Assembly: GCA_964016885.1 (NCBI GenBank)
Contig: OZ024749.1
Location: 4,526,001 to 4,590,000, forward strand
Direction: 5' to 3'
Source: Eledone cirrhosa
Lineage: Eukaryota
Length of the DNA stretch: 64,000 nucleotides
The notes below the pieces were generated by a model. That model saw only the letters and a program-made list of their open reading frames with translations. It ran no database searches and was not told the origin of the DNA. This document shows, piece after piece, positions 1 to 14,465 of the stretch. The number at the start of each line of letters is the position of its first letter. Positions within the stretch are counted from its first letter, which is position 1. Position numbers and translations under genes: made by a program.

Positions 1-8
1 ATATATAC

Positions 9-71
<63 letters not shown>

Positions 72-141
72 CATATATATATACATATACATATATATAT
101 ACATATAAATATATATATATTTATATATATATACATATATA

Positions 142-1152
142 TAAGATCAAAAGATGGTTAAAGGTGTTCCATGTATTTTATTATGCGCATTTCAAAAACA
201 AACATCATCATGCAATAATATTTGTGTTTTCATCAGATAAAACAGGAGGACATGATATGAAGGCTAAAAAACACTTGTGGATAGTGCAGTTTTAAATCAA
301 CATATGAGAAGTAGTTTTAGATTGATGTGTGATATTGGGAAAAATATTTTATTTAGAGAGGGGTGGTGGAAAGGATGAAAAAAAGGGGAGGAGATGAGAG
401 TGAAGGTGGAGAGGGAGAGATGGGTGATAGACAGAGAGAGATAGTTTTTATAACTGAGAAAGATATATTGTTTTACATAGAGAGCTTGAAAACCGTTGGA
501 AGATAATGTATAAATTAAAAGAATTTGAAAATTAACGAAGGGAAAAATATGTATGAAGAAGGAGAGGGAGTTAATATGTATTGAGATTAAAAAGTTTGAT
601 GATAGAGAGAATAGAATAATGAATTGCGGATGAATATTCTAACGTCAAAAAAATGTGTGTACGTTTACACGTATTATGGAAATTTGAAAATTAACGAAGA
701 GAAAAAAAATTATTAAGGTTTGTGTATTGAAGGATTTGAGAAAAATAATGTGAAGTTAAGGTTTGTATATTGAAGGAATTGATAATATGTGCGAAGAAAG
801 AGTTAATATGTATTAAGAATGAGTTAGATGATGGGGAGAAAAAAATAATGAATTAAGGATGAATAAACTGGCGTCAAAACAAATGTATATGTTACGAATG
901 ATTTTACAAGGTGAAATTAGAGTAAGGGTAATGATTAAACAAGTATTATAGAGTGTATAATACTCTTTGAAATAAGGTAGGAAGATGGGTATATTTTAAA
1001 AGAGGTGTATGTATATGTGCATTTGAGTAAAGATTCTAAATTCCTTCTTCGCACATATTATCAATTCCTTCAATATACAAACCTTAACTTCACATTATTT
1101 TCACAAATCCTTCAATACACAAACCTTAATAATTTTTTTTCTCTTCGTTAAT
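142..1152 (-). mobile_element. 5'-truncated 3' UTR/pLTR copy of the Naiad-type PLE at 13582-17395, with a short inverted segment
   Basis: 142-~1040 aligns by eye to 13586-~14450; ~1040-1152 is the reverse complement of ~687-800; (TA)n on both sides. Confidence 0.85.
176..242 (-). ncRNA. Type I hammerhead ribozyme (PLE pLTR)
   Basis: Minus strand: ttttat-CTGATGA-long stem II-GAAA-tgcgca-TA-ataaaa; 6-bp stem I, palindromic stem III, AUA triplet. Confidence 0.8.
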
Positions 1153-1192
1153 TTATATATACATATACACATATATATATATATATACATAT

Positions 1193-1233
<41 letters not shown>

Positions 1234-1481
1234 CACACATATATATATATATATATACATATACACATATATATATATATACATATACACATATATATAT
1301 ATATATATATATACATATATATATACATATATATATTATATTATATATATATATTATATTATATATATATATATAATATATATATATTATATTATATATA
1401 TATATATTATATTATATAGTTTTAATATAGATGAGATTCTACAGGACTAGAACTGTTTCATTCTTTAGAAATCATCAGAAT

Positions 1482-1512
<31 letters not shown>

Positions 1513-2875
1513 ATATATATATTATATTATATATATATATATATTATATTATATATATATATATTATATATATTATATATATATATATTATATATATATT
1601 ATATATATTATATATATATATATTATATATATATTATATATATTATATATATATATATTATATATTATATATTATATTATATATTATATATATTATATTA
1701 TTTATATATATATATATTATATATATTATATATATATATATTATATTATATATATATATAATATATATATATATATTATATTATATAAAATATATATATA
1801 TATATTATATTATATATATATATAATATATTTATTATATATATATATATATTATATTATATATATATATAATATATATATTATATTATATATATATATAA
1901 TATATATATTATATATATATTATATTATATATATATATATATAATATATATATTATATATATATATATTATAGTATATATATATATATTATATATATATT
2001 ATATATATATATATTATATTATATATAATATATTATATATATATTATATATGTATATATATTATATTATATATATATATAATATATATATTATATTTATT
2101 ATATTATATAATATATATATGATATATATATTATATATATTATATTATATAATATGTATATATGATATATATATTATATTATATATATATATAATATATA
2201 TATTATATATATAATATATATATATAATATATATATTATATATATAATATATATATATGATATATATATTATTTATATATATATATATATATTATATATA
2301 TATATAATATATATATTATATATATAATATATATTATATTATATAATATGTATATATGATATATATATAATATTATATATATATATAATATATATATTAT
2401 ATATATAATATATATATATGATATATATATTATATATATAATATATATTATATTATATAATATATATATATGATATATATATTATATTATATATATATAT
2501 AATATATATATTATATATATAATATATATATATTATATATATATTATATATATAATATATATATATTATATATATATTAGAAATATAATATATATATATT
2601 ATATATATATTATATTATATATATATATATATTATATATATATTATATTACATATATATATATATATTATATATATATATATATAATTTATATATATTAT
2701 ATATATATTATATTATATTTATATATATATTATATTATATATATATATATATATATATATTATATTATATATATATATATTATATATATATATATTATAT
2801 ATATATATATATTATATATATATTATATATATTATATATATATATATTATATATATTATATATATTATATTATAT
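1153..2875. repeat. (TA)n / (TTATA)-variant microsatellite
   Basis: Almost pure A/T alternation; the ORF calls here are I/Y artefacts. Confidence 0.95.
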
Positions 2876-5800
2876 GTCCTGGGTATGTAATTAAACTACA
2901 TCCAGTGGCAAGGCTCCATTTCGGTGGTTCAGGAGATGTGGGGAATGTGGAGTTACCCCTTAGTTGTCATGACTCCCAGGTCTGCCCTGGCCCGGGGTGG
3001 TAGTACCTGTTAGGGCTCCATTTATGGGTTAAATAACTACCTTATTCGAGTGGCTCCGGTAAGGTATTGTCAGCCATTGAAAAGAAATATGGAGAGTCGA
3101 TCTAACAGCACTAAGGTTAGAGCCCATAATTACACTGTCAAGGAGCAGCCTGGTCGTTATGACTCTGCTGGCTTAGAGCCACAGAGAGGGCCAGTGGATG
3201 ATGGATCAACTGTCTCTGAGACAAATATAAAGAATGCAGTTTTGTCCTGCAGAAGAGCCATCAAAATTGGTCACTTTGAATGTGAGGACTATTCGAACGC
3301 TGGAGAAGAGAGAGGAGTTGGGACATCTGTTCGAGGAGAGTGGTATACATATACTTGCGATCCAAGAACACAGGATTCTACACGATGAGCCCGTGAGGAG
3401 TGTGATGATCGGGAGGAAGAGCCAGCTCATCACTACATCGGCAGTGAAGAACACAACAAATGCTGCAGTAGGAGGAGTGGGTTTTGTGTTCAGTGCAAAA
3501 ACCAATATGTTGGTGAGGGAAATAATGCCTATCTCCCCGCGAGTGTTGAGGGTGACCTTCAATGGAAACCCAAGACTGACAGTCATCTCAGCCTATAGTC
3601 CAACCGAGGGGGACAGTGATGTGAATGCCGAGGAGTTCCATGAGGAGGTGTGTAGAGCTGTCAACACTACTCAGGCACACAATATCCTGCTTGTTTTGGG
3701 GGACTTCAATGCATATCTGAGTAAGGAGGGCAGTGAAGATCCTTGCTGGTACTTCCATAACAACACCAACCGAAATGGAAGACTACTGAGAGACACCCTG
3801 CTGGAGGCGAACTTGATGGCGACCAACCTAAGGTTTAGGAAGAATCTGGGGAAGATGTGGACCTACATCTCAGATATGCACCTGTCCAAGTCCCAGATTG
3901 ATTTCATTCTGGTGAGGAAAAAGTGGCGCAATACTGTTCTGAACATGGAACCATACAGCTATTTCAGTACACTGGGTAGTGACCACCGGCTTGTTATGAG
4001 TGAGGTCCGCGTGAGCTTAAGAAAGAGCAAGGCTCAGCCCCGGAGAACAATCTATGACTGGGGAGCTTTCAAGGAAGATGATAAGCTACAGGAGAGGTTC
4101 ACAGTGGAAGTGAGAAACAGGTTTAGTGTTCTGTGTGGAGAGTCAGAGGAGAGAGAGATTGGATGGACTGAGGAGAGTGTGACGAGGAGGTACGGGCACT
4201 TCACCAATACAGTGGCGAAAGCAAGTGAAACCCTGGTGCCGAGGAAAAAGAACAAAGGGAAGCACGTCAGCTCTGCAAACCCAAAAGTGTGTGCAGCCAG
4301 AGAACACCTGAAAGCTGCCAGGGACCAATTCTATGCTGATCCTACGGAGGAGAGGATGGAGACTGTGGAGCTGATGAGGGAAGAGCTCTGTACCGCTTAC
4401 ACTGAGGTCAGAGAGGAGGCACTGATAGAGAAGATCAGAAGTGTGGAGAGAGCGGTTGACAGATCTGGATGTAAGGAGAGCTGGATGATCATCAACGAGA
4501 TCACAGGGAGGAAGAAAAGGTGTTCGAGTCAGATCCAGGGAACGGGGCCCGAGGATAGGAAGAGGAAATGGCTAGACCATTTTAGGACCCTACTAGGAGA
4601 GCCACCCTCCACAGCCCAGAGCACTGGGGAGATCAGGCGGCTGTTTGAGGAACTGGATGTTGAGACAGAGCCCTTCACCAGAGAGGAGCTTCAGAGAGCC
4701 AAGAAGAAGATCAAGGAGGGCAAGGCTCATGGAGAAGATCGAGTGGCATCAGAGGTGATGAAGAGGTGTGATTTTGATGATATCATCCTGGGGTTCTGTA
4801 ACGGGGCACTGGAGAAAGGAGTTGCCCCGAATCAGTGGAGGATCAGTAACATCGTCCTAGTGCCAAAGAAAGGAGATCTCTCTAACACCAACAACTACCG
4901 GGGAATCTCACTGACGTCACTTGTGGCAAAGACCCTCAACAGGATGATTCTTAACAGGATCCAGCCTGAGATGGAGAAGAGGCTCAGGGACAACCAGAAC
5001 GGCTTCAGAGAGGGTAGATCAACCACAATCACATCATGATGCTGAGGTGGATATTAGAGGGAGCTAGAGCAAAGTGCCTTCCTGCGGTCATGGTTTTCAT
5101 TGACTTTAGGAAGGCCTTTGATTCTGTGGACCGTTACTGCCTGATGAAGATCTTACAGGCTTATGGAATCCCCAAGAGGATAGTGGACCTGATATCACTG
5201 CTCTACACCAACACCAAAGCCCAAGTCATTACACCTGATGGGATGACAGAGTTCTTTGAGATATTGGCTGGAGTGCTCCAGGGAGATACATTGGCTCCCT
5301 ACCTTTTTATCATCGTAGTCGAGAATGTTGAGAAGCCAGAGGGGATCACTAATGTAGGCGGGAAGCCGCTGGAATTGGTTGAGGACTTCCTGTATTTGGG
5401 AGCAAAGATTGGGAATACGGAAGATGATGTGGTTGAGAGGAAGAGCAAGGCCTGGGCGGCGTGTCACAGCTTGAGATCGGTGTGGAAGTCGGACCTTCGT
5501 AGAGACCTGAAAATCCGCCTCTTCATTGCTGTAGTGGAGTCTGTGCTGCTGTATGGGTCTGAGACTTGGACACTGACCAAGAGACTCACTCAGATGGTGG
5601 ATGGGTGCTACACGAGAATGCTGACGATGGCTCTGAACATTAATCAGTATACACTGAGGATGAAAAACTCAGAGCTGTATGGGAGCATCCCAAAAGTCAG
5701 CTCAAAAGTGACACAGAGGAGACTGAGGTTGGCTGGACATGCTCACCGACATCCAGAGTTGACATTGCACTCAGTGCTCCTTTGGGAGCCCCTACATGGA

Positions 5801-5963
5801 TACACTAGAAGAGGAAGACCAAGGTTAACATATGTTGATGCCCTAAGGACAGACACTGGTCTGTTGGAGATGCAGGATATGGCAGCGATAATGAGGGACA
5901 GAGACCGCTGGAGAGAACTCGTCCATGGATCTCGGGAATTTTACCCGCCTTAGATAGATAGAT
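2876..5963 (+). mobile_element. Near-full-length RTE-clade LINE
   Basis: ~350-nt 5' UTR, APE endonuclease + RT, stop codon running directly into a (TAGA)n tail, (TA)n flanks. Confidence 0.9.
3234..5953 (+). pseudogene. RTE APE-endonuclease/reverse transcriptase, disrupted
   Basis: Motifs TLNVRT, IQEHR, GDFNA, IDFILV, SDH, YRGISL, QNGFR, FIDFRKAFDSV, GVLQGDTLAPYLF. Frameshift near 5036 and an internal deletion near 5320 that removes the YADD/FADD block. Confidence 0.9.
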
Positions 5964-7212
5964 ATTATATTATATATATATATATATATATTATATTATA
6001 TATATATATATTATATTATATACATATATATTATATATATATATATATTATATTATATTATATAAATATTATATTATATATATATATATATATATTATAT
6101 TATATATATATATATTATATATATTATATTATATTATATATATATATATTATATATATATATATTATATATATTATATTATATTATATATATATATATAA
6201 TACATATATATATATATATATATCATATTATATTATATATATATAATACATATATATATATATATATATATCATATTATATTATATATATATATATAATA
6301 AATATATATATAGAGAGAGATTACATGAATCAAATTCTGTTTAAATTATTTATTTTGGAATATTCGGAGCAACTATTCAGTGATTTTTAACATACTTGAC
6401 CTTCTTTTCAACACAAGAGACATATAGAAACATATGTATATATTGACCCACGGTGGGTTGACATCCATTATATTAATATAGCATGGTAATTTACATACCA
6501 AGATTACAGTCACATTAAAGGACAAAATTAAAGTTAAAATTAGAATTAAAATTAAAATAAAACATAGGCAGTTTACTAAGATAAAGCAACAGGAAAGTTT
6601 GGAGTAGCCAGTGCATGCAACAGTCACACGTGTGGCTGCTGCACGCGTATCCTATTTATACAAGATTATAGTGCGGCAGATTGTTATATATAAAACAAGC
6701 AGTCAAAGCAGGCAATTAAGAACATCATGGGGGCTGTACTGGTAAAGCATTATTCACACACACCTATACGATATAGAAGCCCGTGTGTAGAGAAACACCA
6801 AAAATATCAAAAATATTACAAATGAGAAGCAAAACAGCACCACTGTCCTCGTACACACCACCACTCTCACAATCCAGGAAACGCAATATATAGACTACAT
6901 GTCCATCACACAATCCACGATGATTCAACATTGGGTGCCTGGTGAACCATGCTAGCACATCACAGCTTGTCGTTCTTTAATTCAATTCTATAGAGCAGGT
7001 TGTATTTGATGTGAGATTTGACATCGTATTATATGTGTTTGTGATTAAGTGGAGTTAATGCGTAAGGGGGGGTAACCAGCTGATTTCTATAGCTAAATGT
7101 ATTATCCTAAAGTACATTAATGGTGTCTCAAATGAGTTCCTATCATATAAGGTTATAAACAATTTCTAAATTTAAGTATCTTATCTATAAAGTACAGTGT
7201 AGTCTATCAAGA

Positions 7213-7244
<32 letters not shown>

Positions 7245-7249
7245 ATATA

Positions 7250-7282
<33 letters not shown>

Positions 7283-7286
<4 letters not shown>

Positions 7287-7677
7287 CGTTTCATTTTTTT
7301 CTGTTTATCGTTTTCGGCACCCCGGCCGATTAACTCACTCGATATGCAAATTAAGCTTCTCAGCCGTTAATATGCATAAGGAAAGTATATACTTTCAGAC
7401 GTTCAACCATCTGGCAGGAAGGTATACGTTGCTGACGAAAGCTAATAAGCTTGAAACTATTACAGCGTTCCTTTGTCAGTGTTGAACAAATGAGCAACGA
7501 TGGTTGCTAGACACTGTACGGCTTAATTCGGGATGTTTGTTTACAAACACACCTAGCATTATAATAAATGTTCGGTGAATCCATACGTACATATATATAT
7601 ATATATGTGTGCATGTATGTATATATATATACATACTACTGTACGTCTGTATACATATATGTATGTACGTATACGTA

Positions 7678-7681
<4 letters not shown>
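7283..7681 (+). mobile_element. 5'-truncated copy of HHR-bearing ~533-nt repeat (family A)
   Basis: Homologous to 19920-20417 and, inverted, to 30290-30740; (TA)n flanks; same 3' terminus GTACGTATAC.TACTTA. Confidence 0.85.
7426..7468 (+). ncRNA. Type I hammerhead ribozyme (family A)
   Basis: acgttg-CTGACGA-aagct aata agctt-GAAA-ctat-TA-cagcgt; stem III carries G>T relative to the other copies. Confidence 0.7.
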
Positions 7682-7711
<30 letters not shown>

Positions 7712-7714
<3 letters not shown>

Positions 7715-8837
7715 TTTACGTATCGAGAAAGAGAGAAAAAGGAGGGATAGGTGATACATATAGTTATTTGCCAAGTAGCGTATGCCAAAGGTGCTCGATA
7801 CTAGTGCCGGCAGTATTAAATATTCGAAGTGTTAATATTTATTGGGCTAGAGAGTTAGCAGAGCGTAAGCACGTGGGAAAGTAAAAATCGGAGAATAGAC
7901 CGTTAAAACATGTTTATTCAAAATATCACCTACGTACGTTTCGCCCAGTTGGGCTTCTCAAGGGCATAAATAGTCACAAGTGTTCCTTATATAGTTCGGA
8001 AAGAGTTTTGGGGGATAAATCTACATCAAGATTCATTGCTCGCAAAGATTGTTTTCTGCGTGTTATTTTGCTGCGCCTGCCCGCCGGGGTGTTAAGACTT
8101 GTTGCAGGGAGATCCAGTGTACTATTTCACTCTTCATTCTTAACCCATCTAAAGAAGGATATTGTTAAGCGATGTGTACAACTTATCGCTGTTTCAGCTC
8201 TGCTGTTGATGAGCTCGTGGGGTGCAGTTATGATGTGGTAGAGCTCCATTAGGGAAAGATCGCATTTCCTCTTGAAGTTGTACGGTGCAGCCCGGCCGAC
8301 AATCTCCCAGTGCGTGGAGAAGCTGATGTTTAAGTCCTTTAGTGATGTGATGTAGTCCGCGAGCGAAGTGGAGTGCCTTAGTTTTCTATTTGTGAGAGAG
8401 TGGAGATGTGTTCGAAACCTAATTTTGAACGGGCCGGAGATGGCCCTTATATAATGTTTAACGCTATTGTGGCTAGTATTAGTGCATCTATATATAACCC
8501 TATCAGTCAAGCAGTATCCTCTAAGGGGGCAGCGTCCTCTGTCGCGGCAGTTGCAATTTCTGTGGCGGTTCCGTCTATTTCCCCCGGTAAGGCTATAATT
8601 GTTGCTGCCTACGTTGTTACCTACGCTACCGCAGCTGTCGTTAGCACAATTACAACCCACAGCACGCGGGATGGTGCGATTGTTATTCCGCACGTCATGT
8701 TCTGCATGTTCCCAGTCACTTCGCGGTCATTCTGGTTGCGTCTGCGGATGCCGTTGCCAACACTATTGGATGCTGTCAGGGAGTTGTTAAGGCCGATATA
8801 GTTATTGTCAGGTTCAGGTGCGTCTGTGTCGAGGTGC

Positions 8838-8838
<1 letters not shown>
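7712..8838 (-). mobile_element. 5'-truncated Naiad-type PLE (GIY-YIG endonuclease and 3' UTR)
   Basis: ORF 8127-8693 has CNCRDRGRC (CxCx5C), VIY..HYI, FKIRF..H, CDLSLMEL, INSRAE..CTH. Confidence 0.85.
7924..7968 (-). ncRNA. Hammerhead-like motif with U3/A8 core in PLE 3' UTR
   Basis: Minus strand: tgccc-TTGAGAA-gccc aact gggc-GAAA-cgtacg-TA-ggtga; stem II perfect, stem III palindromic, stem I weak. Confidence 0.55.
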
Positions 8839-8894
<56 letters not shown>

Positions 8895-9008
8895 CAATAT
8901 ATGTGTATATATGTATATATATATGTATATATGTGTATATATGTATATATATATGTATGTATATATGTATATATATATGTATGTATATATATATGTATGT
9001 GTATGCAA

Positions 9009-9061
<53 letters not shown>

Positions 9062-9072
9062 ATGCAATATAT

Positions 9073-9104
<32 letters not shown>

Positions 9105-9182
9105 ATGCAATATATGTATATATATATATATGTGTGTATGCAATATATGTATATATATATATATATGTGTATGCAATATATG

Positions 9183-9217
<35 letters not shown>

Positions 9218-9223
9218 ATGCAG

Positions 9224-9304
<81 letters not shown>

Positions 9305-9311
9305 ATGCAAC

Positions 9312-9357
<46 letters not shown>

Positions 9358-10154
9358 TTATGCAATATATGTATATGTATATATATGTATGTTTATGCAA
9401 TATATGTATATATATATATATGTATGTGTATGCAATATATGTATATATATATATATGCATATATATGTATGTGTATGCAATATATGTATATATATATATA
9501 TATGCATATATATGTATGTGTATGCAATATATGTATATATATATATGCATATGTATGTATGTGTATGCAATATATGTATATATATATATATGCATATATA
9601 TGTATGTGTATGCAATATGTGTATATATATATATATGTATATATATGTATGTGTATGCAATATATGTATGTATATATATATGTATATATGTGTATGTGTA
9701 TGCAATATATGTATATATATATATATATGTATGTGTATGCAATATATGTATATATATATATATATATGTATATATATGTATGTGTATGCAATATATGTAT
9801 ATATATATATATATGTATATATATGTACGTGTATGCAATATATGTATGTATATATATATGTATATATATATATATGTATGTGTATGCAATATATGTATAT
9901 ATATATGTATATATATGTATGTGTATGCAATATATGTATGTATATATATATGTATATATATATATATGTATGTGTATGCAATATATGTATATATATATAT
10001 ATATGTATATATAGGTATGTGTATGCAATATATGTATATATATATATATGTATATATATGTATGTGTATGCAATATATGTATATATATATATATGTATAT
10101 ACATGTATGTGTATGCAATATATATATATATATGTATATATATGTATTTGTATG

Positions 10155-10196
<42 letters not shown>

Positions 10197-11951
10197 ATGC
10201 AATATATGAATATATATATATATGTATATATATATGTATGTGTATGCAATATATGAATATATATATATATATGTGTATGCAATATATGTATATATGTATG
10301 TGTATGCAATATATGTGTATATATATGTGTGTATGCAATACATGCATACATGTATGCGTTTGTATGCACGCATATATATATATGCATATAAGCATATTTA
10401 TATATGTATGCATGTGTATGCATATGTGTATATGTGTATGTGTTTGTAAGCATATATGTATGCATCTATATATGCATATATTTGTATATATGTATGCATA
10501 TATATATTTATATCTGTATGCATATATTTATATATATATATGTATGCATATATATGTATATCTGTATGCATATATATGCATATATGTATGCATACATATG
10601 TATGTCTGTATGCATATAGATGTATATATGTATGCATATATACATATATATGCATGCATATATACATATATATGCATGAATATATACATATATATGCAAG
10701 CATATATACATATATATGCATGCATATATACATATATATGCATATATATATACATATATATGCATATATATATATAGGCATATATATATATATATGCGTT
10801 TGTAAGCATATATATATGCCTATATGTATGCATATATGTATGCATATATATGTATGCATATATATGTATAACTTTATGCATATATATGTATATATGTATG
10901 CATATGTGTATATATGTATGCATATGTGTATATATGTATGCATATATATGTATATATGTATGCATATATATGTATATATGTATGCATATATATGTATATA
11001 TGCATACATATATATGTATATACGCATACATATATATGTATATATGTATGCATTTATATGTATATATGCATGCATATATATGTATCCATTTTTATGTATT
11101 TATGCATGCATATATATGTATGCTTATATACATATATATGTATGCATATATACATATATACGTATGCATATATACATATATACGTATGCATATATACATA
11201 TATATGCATACATATATACATATATATGCATGCATATATACATATATATGCATACATATATACATATATATGCACACATATATACATATATATGCATACA
11301 TATATACACATATATGCATACATATATACATCATATATGCATACATATATACATATATATGCATGCATATATACATATATATGCATACATATATACATAT
11401 ATATGCATACATATATACATATATATGCATACATATATATGCATACATATATATGCATACATATAGGCATATATATATGCTTACAAACGCATATATATAT
11501 GCCTATATATATGCATATATATGTATATATGTATGCATATATATGTATAGATGTATGCATATATATGTATATATGTATGCATACATATGTATCCATATAT
11601 ATGTATATATGTATGCATATATGTGTATCCATATATATGTATGCATATATGCATATATATGTATGCATATATATGTATATATGTATGCATATATATGTAT
11701 ATATGTATGCATACATATGTATATATGTATGCATATATATGTATATATGTATGCATATATATGTATATATGTATGCATATATATGTATATATGTATGCAT
11801 ATATATGTATTTATGTATGCATATATATGTATATATGTATGCATATATATGTATGTATGTATGCATATATATTTATGTATGTATGCATATATATGTATGT
11901 ATGTATTCATATATATGTATGTATGTCTGCATATAAATTTATATATGTATG

Positions 11952-12010
<59 letters not shown>
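8839..12010. repeat. Compound TA-derived minisatellite: (TA)n-TGTATGTGTATGCAA units, then TATGCA units
   Basis: Variable ~25-45-bp units anchored on TATGCAA to ~10340, then TATGCATATA units with local orientation flips. Confidence 0.9.
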
Positions 12011-12013
<3 letters not shown>

Positions 12014-12313
12014 ATATATAAATAAACAAGGTAAAAGAGTTTGCGTCCTACAATATATTGCTTACGTAATGCTCCATTACAATTAATGTATGTGCTTGTG
12101 ATCATGCTTTCGTGTTTTCTAAATATTCAAATAGAAACACATTTCCTCGTTGTGTCTGTCTGTGTCTTCCAGATGAAAATCTACTTTTTATTATGTAGGT
12201 TCGTCACGAAATACCTGTAAGACGTACGCCAATATCTCTGTAAATGACGTTTTAAAAAGTTAATAAGGTCTTTACAAATGATAATAAACAGGCACACACA
12301 TATAAATAGATTT

Positions 12314-12319
<6 letters not shown>

Positions 12320-12365
<46 letters not shown>

Positions 12366-12728
12366 ACACGAATGTTTATACAAATACATGAATATATTTA
12401 TACATATATACATACAAACATATGTCTACAAATATATATATATATGTATGTATATGTATGTATGTATATATATATATATGTATGTATGTATATATATATA
12501 TATATACATAATGTACAAATATATATATATATATATATATGTACAAATATATGTATATATATATATATATATGTACAAATAAATATGATATATATATATA
12601 TACATGTCTGTGATTGTACATATATGAATATATTTATATATATAAATATTTGTACGTATGAGTGTATATGTATGTGTGTGTGTGTGTTTGTATGTATGTA
12701 TGTATATGTATTTATATATAATTGTATG

Positions 12729-12772
<44 letters not shown>

Positions 12773-12968
12773 ATAGAATACCATTAGCTTCTCGCTAAAA
12801 CAATCTCTATATCTCTCATTTATATATATATATATATATATGTATGTATATATATATATATGTATGTATGTATATATATATGTATGTATGTATATATATG
12901 TATGTATATGTATGTATGTATATGTATGTATATGTATGTATATATATGTATGTATATTTTTATGTATG

Positions 12969-13032
<64 letters not shown>

Positions 13033-13048
13033 TATATGTATATATATG

Positions 13049-13097
<49 letters not shown>

Positions 13098-13128
13098 GCA
13101 TATATATGTATGTATATATATATGTATG

Positions 13129-13159
<31 letters not shown>

Positions 13160-13164
13160 GTATG

Positions 13165-13195
<31 letters not shown>

Positions 13196-13263
13196 GTATG
13201 TATATATATGTATCTATGTATATATATATATGTATCTATGTATATATATATATGTATCTATGT

Positions 13264-13304
<41 letters not shown>

Positions 13305-13500
13305 TATGTATGTATATACATAGATGTATGTATATATATATATGTATATATATATATATGTGTTTGTAGGTATATATATATATATATATGTATATATATG
13401 TATGTATATATATATGTATGTATATATATATGTATGTATATATATATGTATGTATGTATATATGTATGTATATATATATGGATGTATATATATATGTATG

Positions 13501-13537
<37 letters not shown>

Positions 13538-13581
13538 GTATGTATATATATATGTGTTTATATATATATATATGTATGTAT
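12320..13581. repeat. (TA)n/(TATG)n microsatellite
   Basis: Direct inspection. Confidence 0.9.
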
Positions 13582-13618
13582 AATATAAGATCAAAGATGG
13601 TTAAAGGAGTTCCATATA

Positions 13619-13685
13619 TTTTATTATGCGCATTTCAAAAACAAACATCATCAAGCAATAATATTTGTGTTTTCATCAGATAAAA
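13619..13685 (-). ncRNA. Type I hammerhead ribozyme, 3' pLTR
   Basis: ttttat-CTGATGA-aaacacaaatattattgcttgatgatgtttgttttt-GAAA-tgcgca-TA-ataaaa. Confidence 0.82.
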
Positions 13686-14465
13686 CAGGAGAACATGATA
13701 TGAAGGCTAAAAAACACTTGTGGATAGTGCAGTTTTAAATCAACATATAAAAAGTGGTTTTAGATTGATGTGTGATATTGGGAAAAATATTTTATTTAGA
13801 GAGGGGGGGGAAGGATGAAAAGGGAAGGTGATGAGAGGGAGAGATGGGTGATAGAGAGAAAGAGATAGTTTTTATAACTGAGAGGAGATATATTTTTTAC
13901 ATAGAGAGGTTGAAATCCGTTGGAAGATACTGTATAAATTAAAGGAATTTGAAAATTAACGAGGGGAAATTATGTATGAAGATAGAGAGAAAAAAATAAT
14001 AATTGTGGGTGAATATTCTAACGTCAAAAGAAGAAATGTATGTATTGTGGCAATTTCAAAATTAGCGAAGAGAAAAATTGTTAAGGTTTGTGTGTAGAAG
14101 GATTTGAGAAAAATAATATGAAGTTAAAGTTTGTATATTGAATTGATAATATGTGCGAATAAAGAGTTAATATGTATTAATAATGAGATCGTTGATGGGG
14201 AGAAAAAAATAATAATAAATTAAGGATGAAATTGAGATTAAAAAGATTTATGATAGAGAGAAAAAATAATAATGATTGCGGATGAATATTCAAAATGTCA
14301 AAAACAAATGTTATGAATTTACGAGAAGATAGAATGAGGGTAATGAGTAAACGAGTATTATAGAGTGTATAATGCCCTTTAAAGTAAGGTATATGGGTAT
14401 ATTTTAAAGAGGTGTATGTATATGTGCCTTTGAGAAAAGATTCTAAATTGATAAAGAATTGAATA

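Noticed and set aside
8890-10340. CRISPR-like repeat-spacer look
   Set aside because: The spacers are just variable (TA)n; eukaryotic context with no cas genes
12160-12225. CAGATGA..GAAA..GTA hammerhead-like string
   Set aside because: Core mutated, stem II to GAAA spacing and stem III poor, single copy
8621-13683. Long I/Y/M/C/H-rich ORFs (also 1101-1871, 17397-18840, 24788-26622, 62873-63398)
   Set aside because: Translations of TA/TG microsatellites, open in most frames
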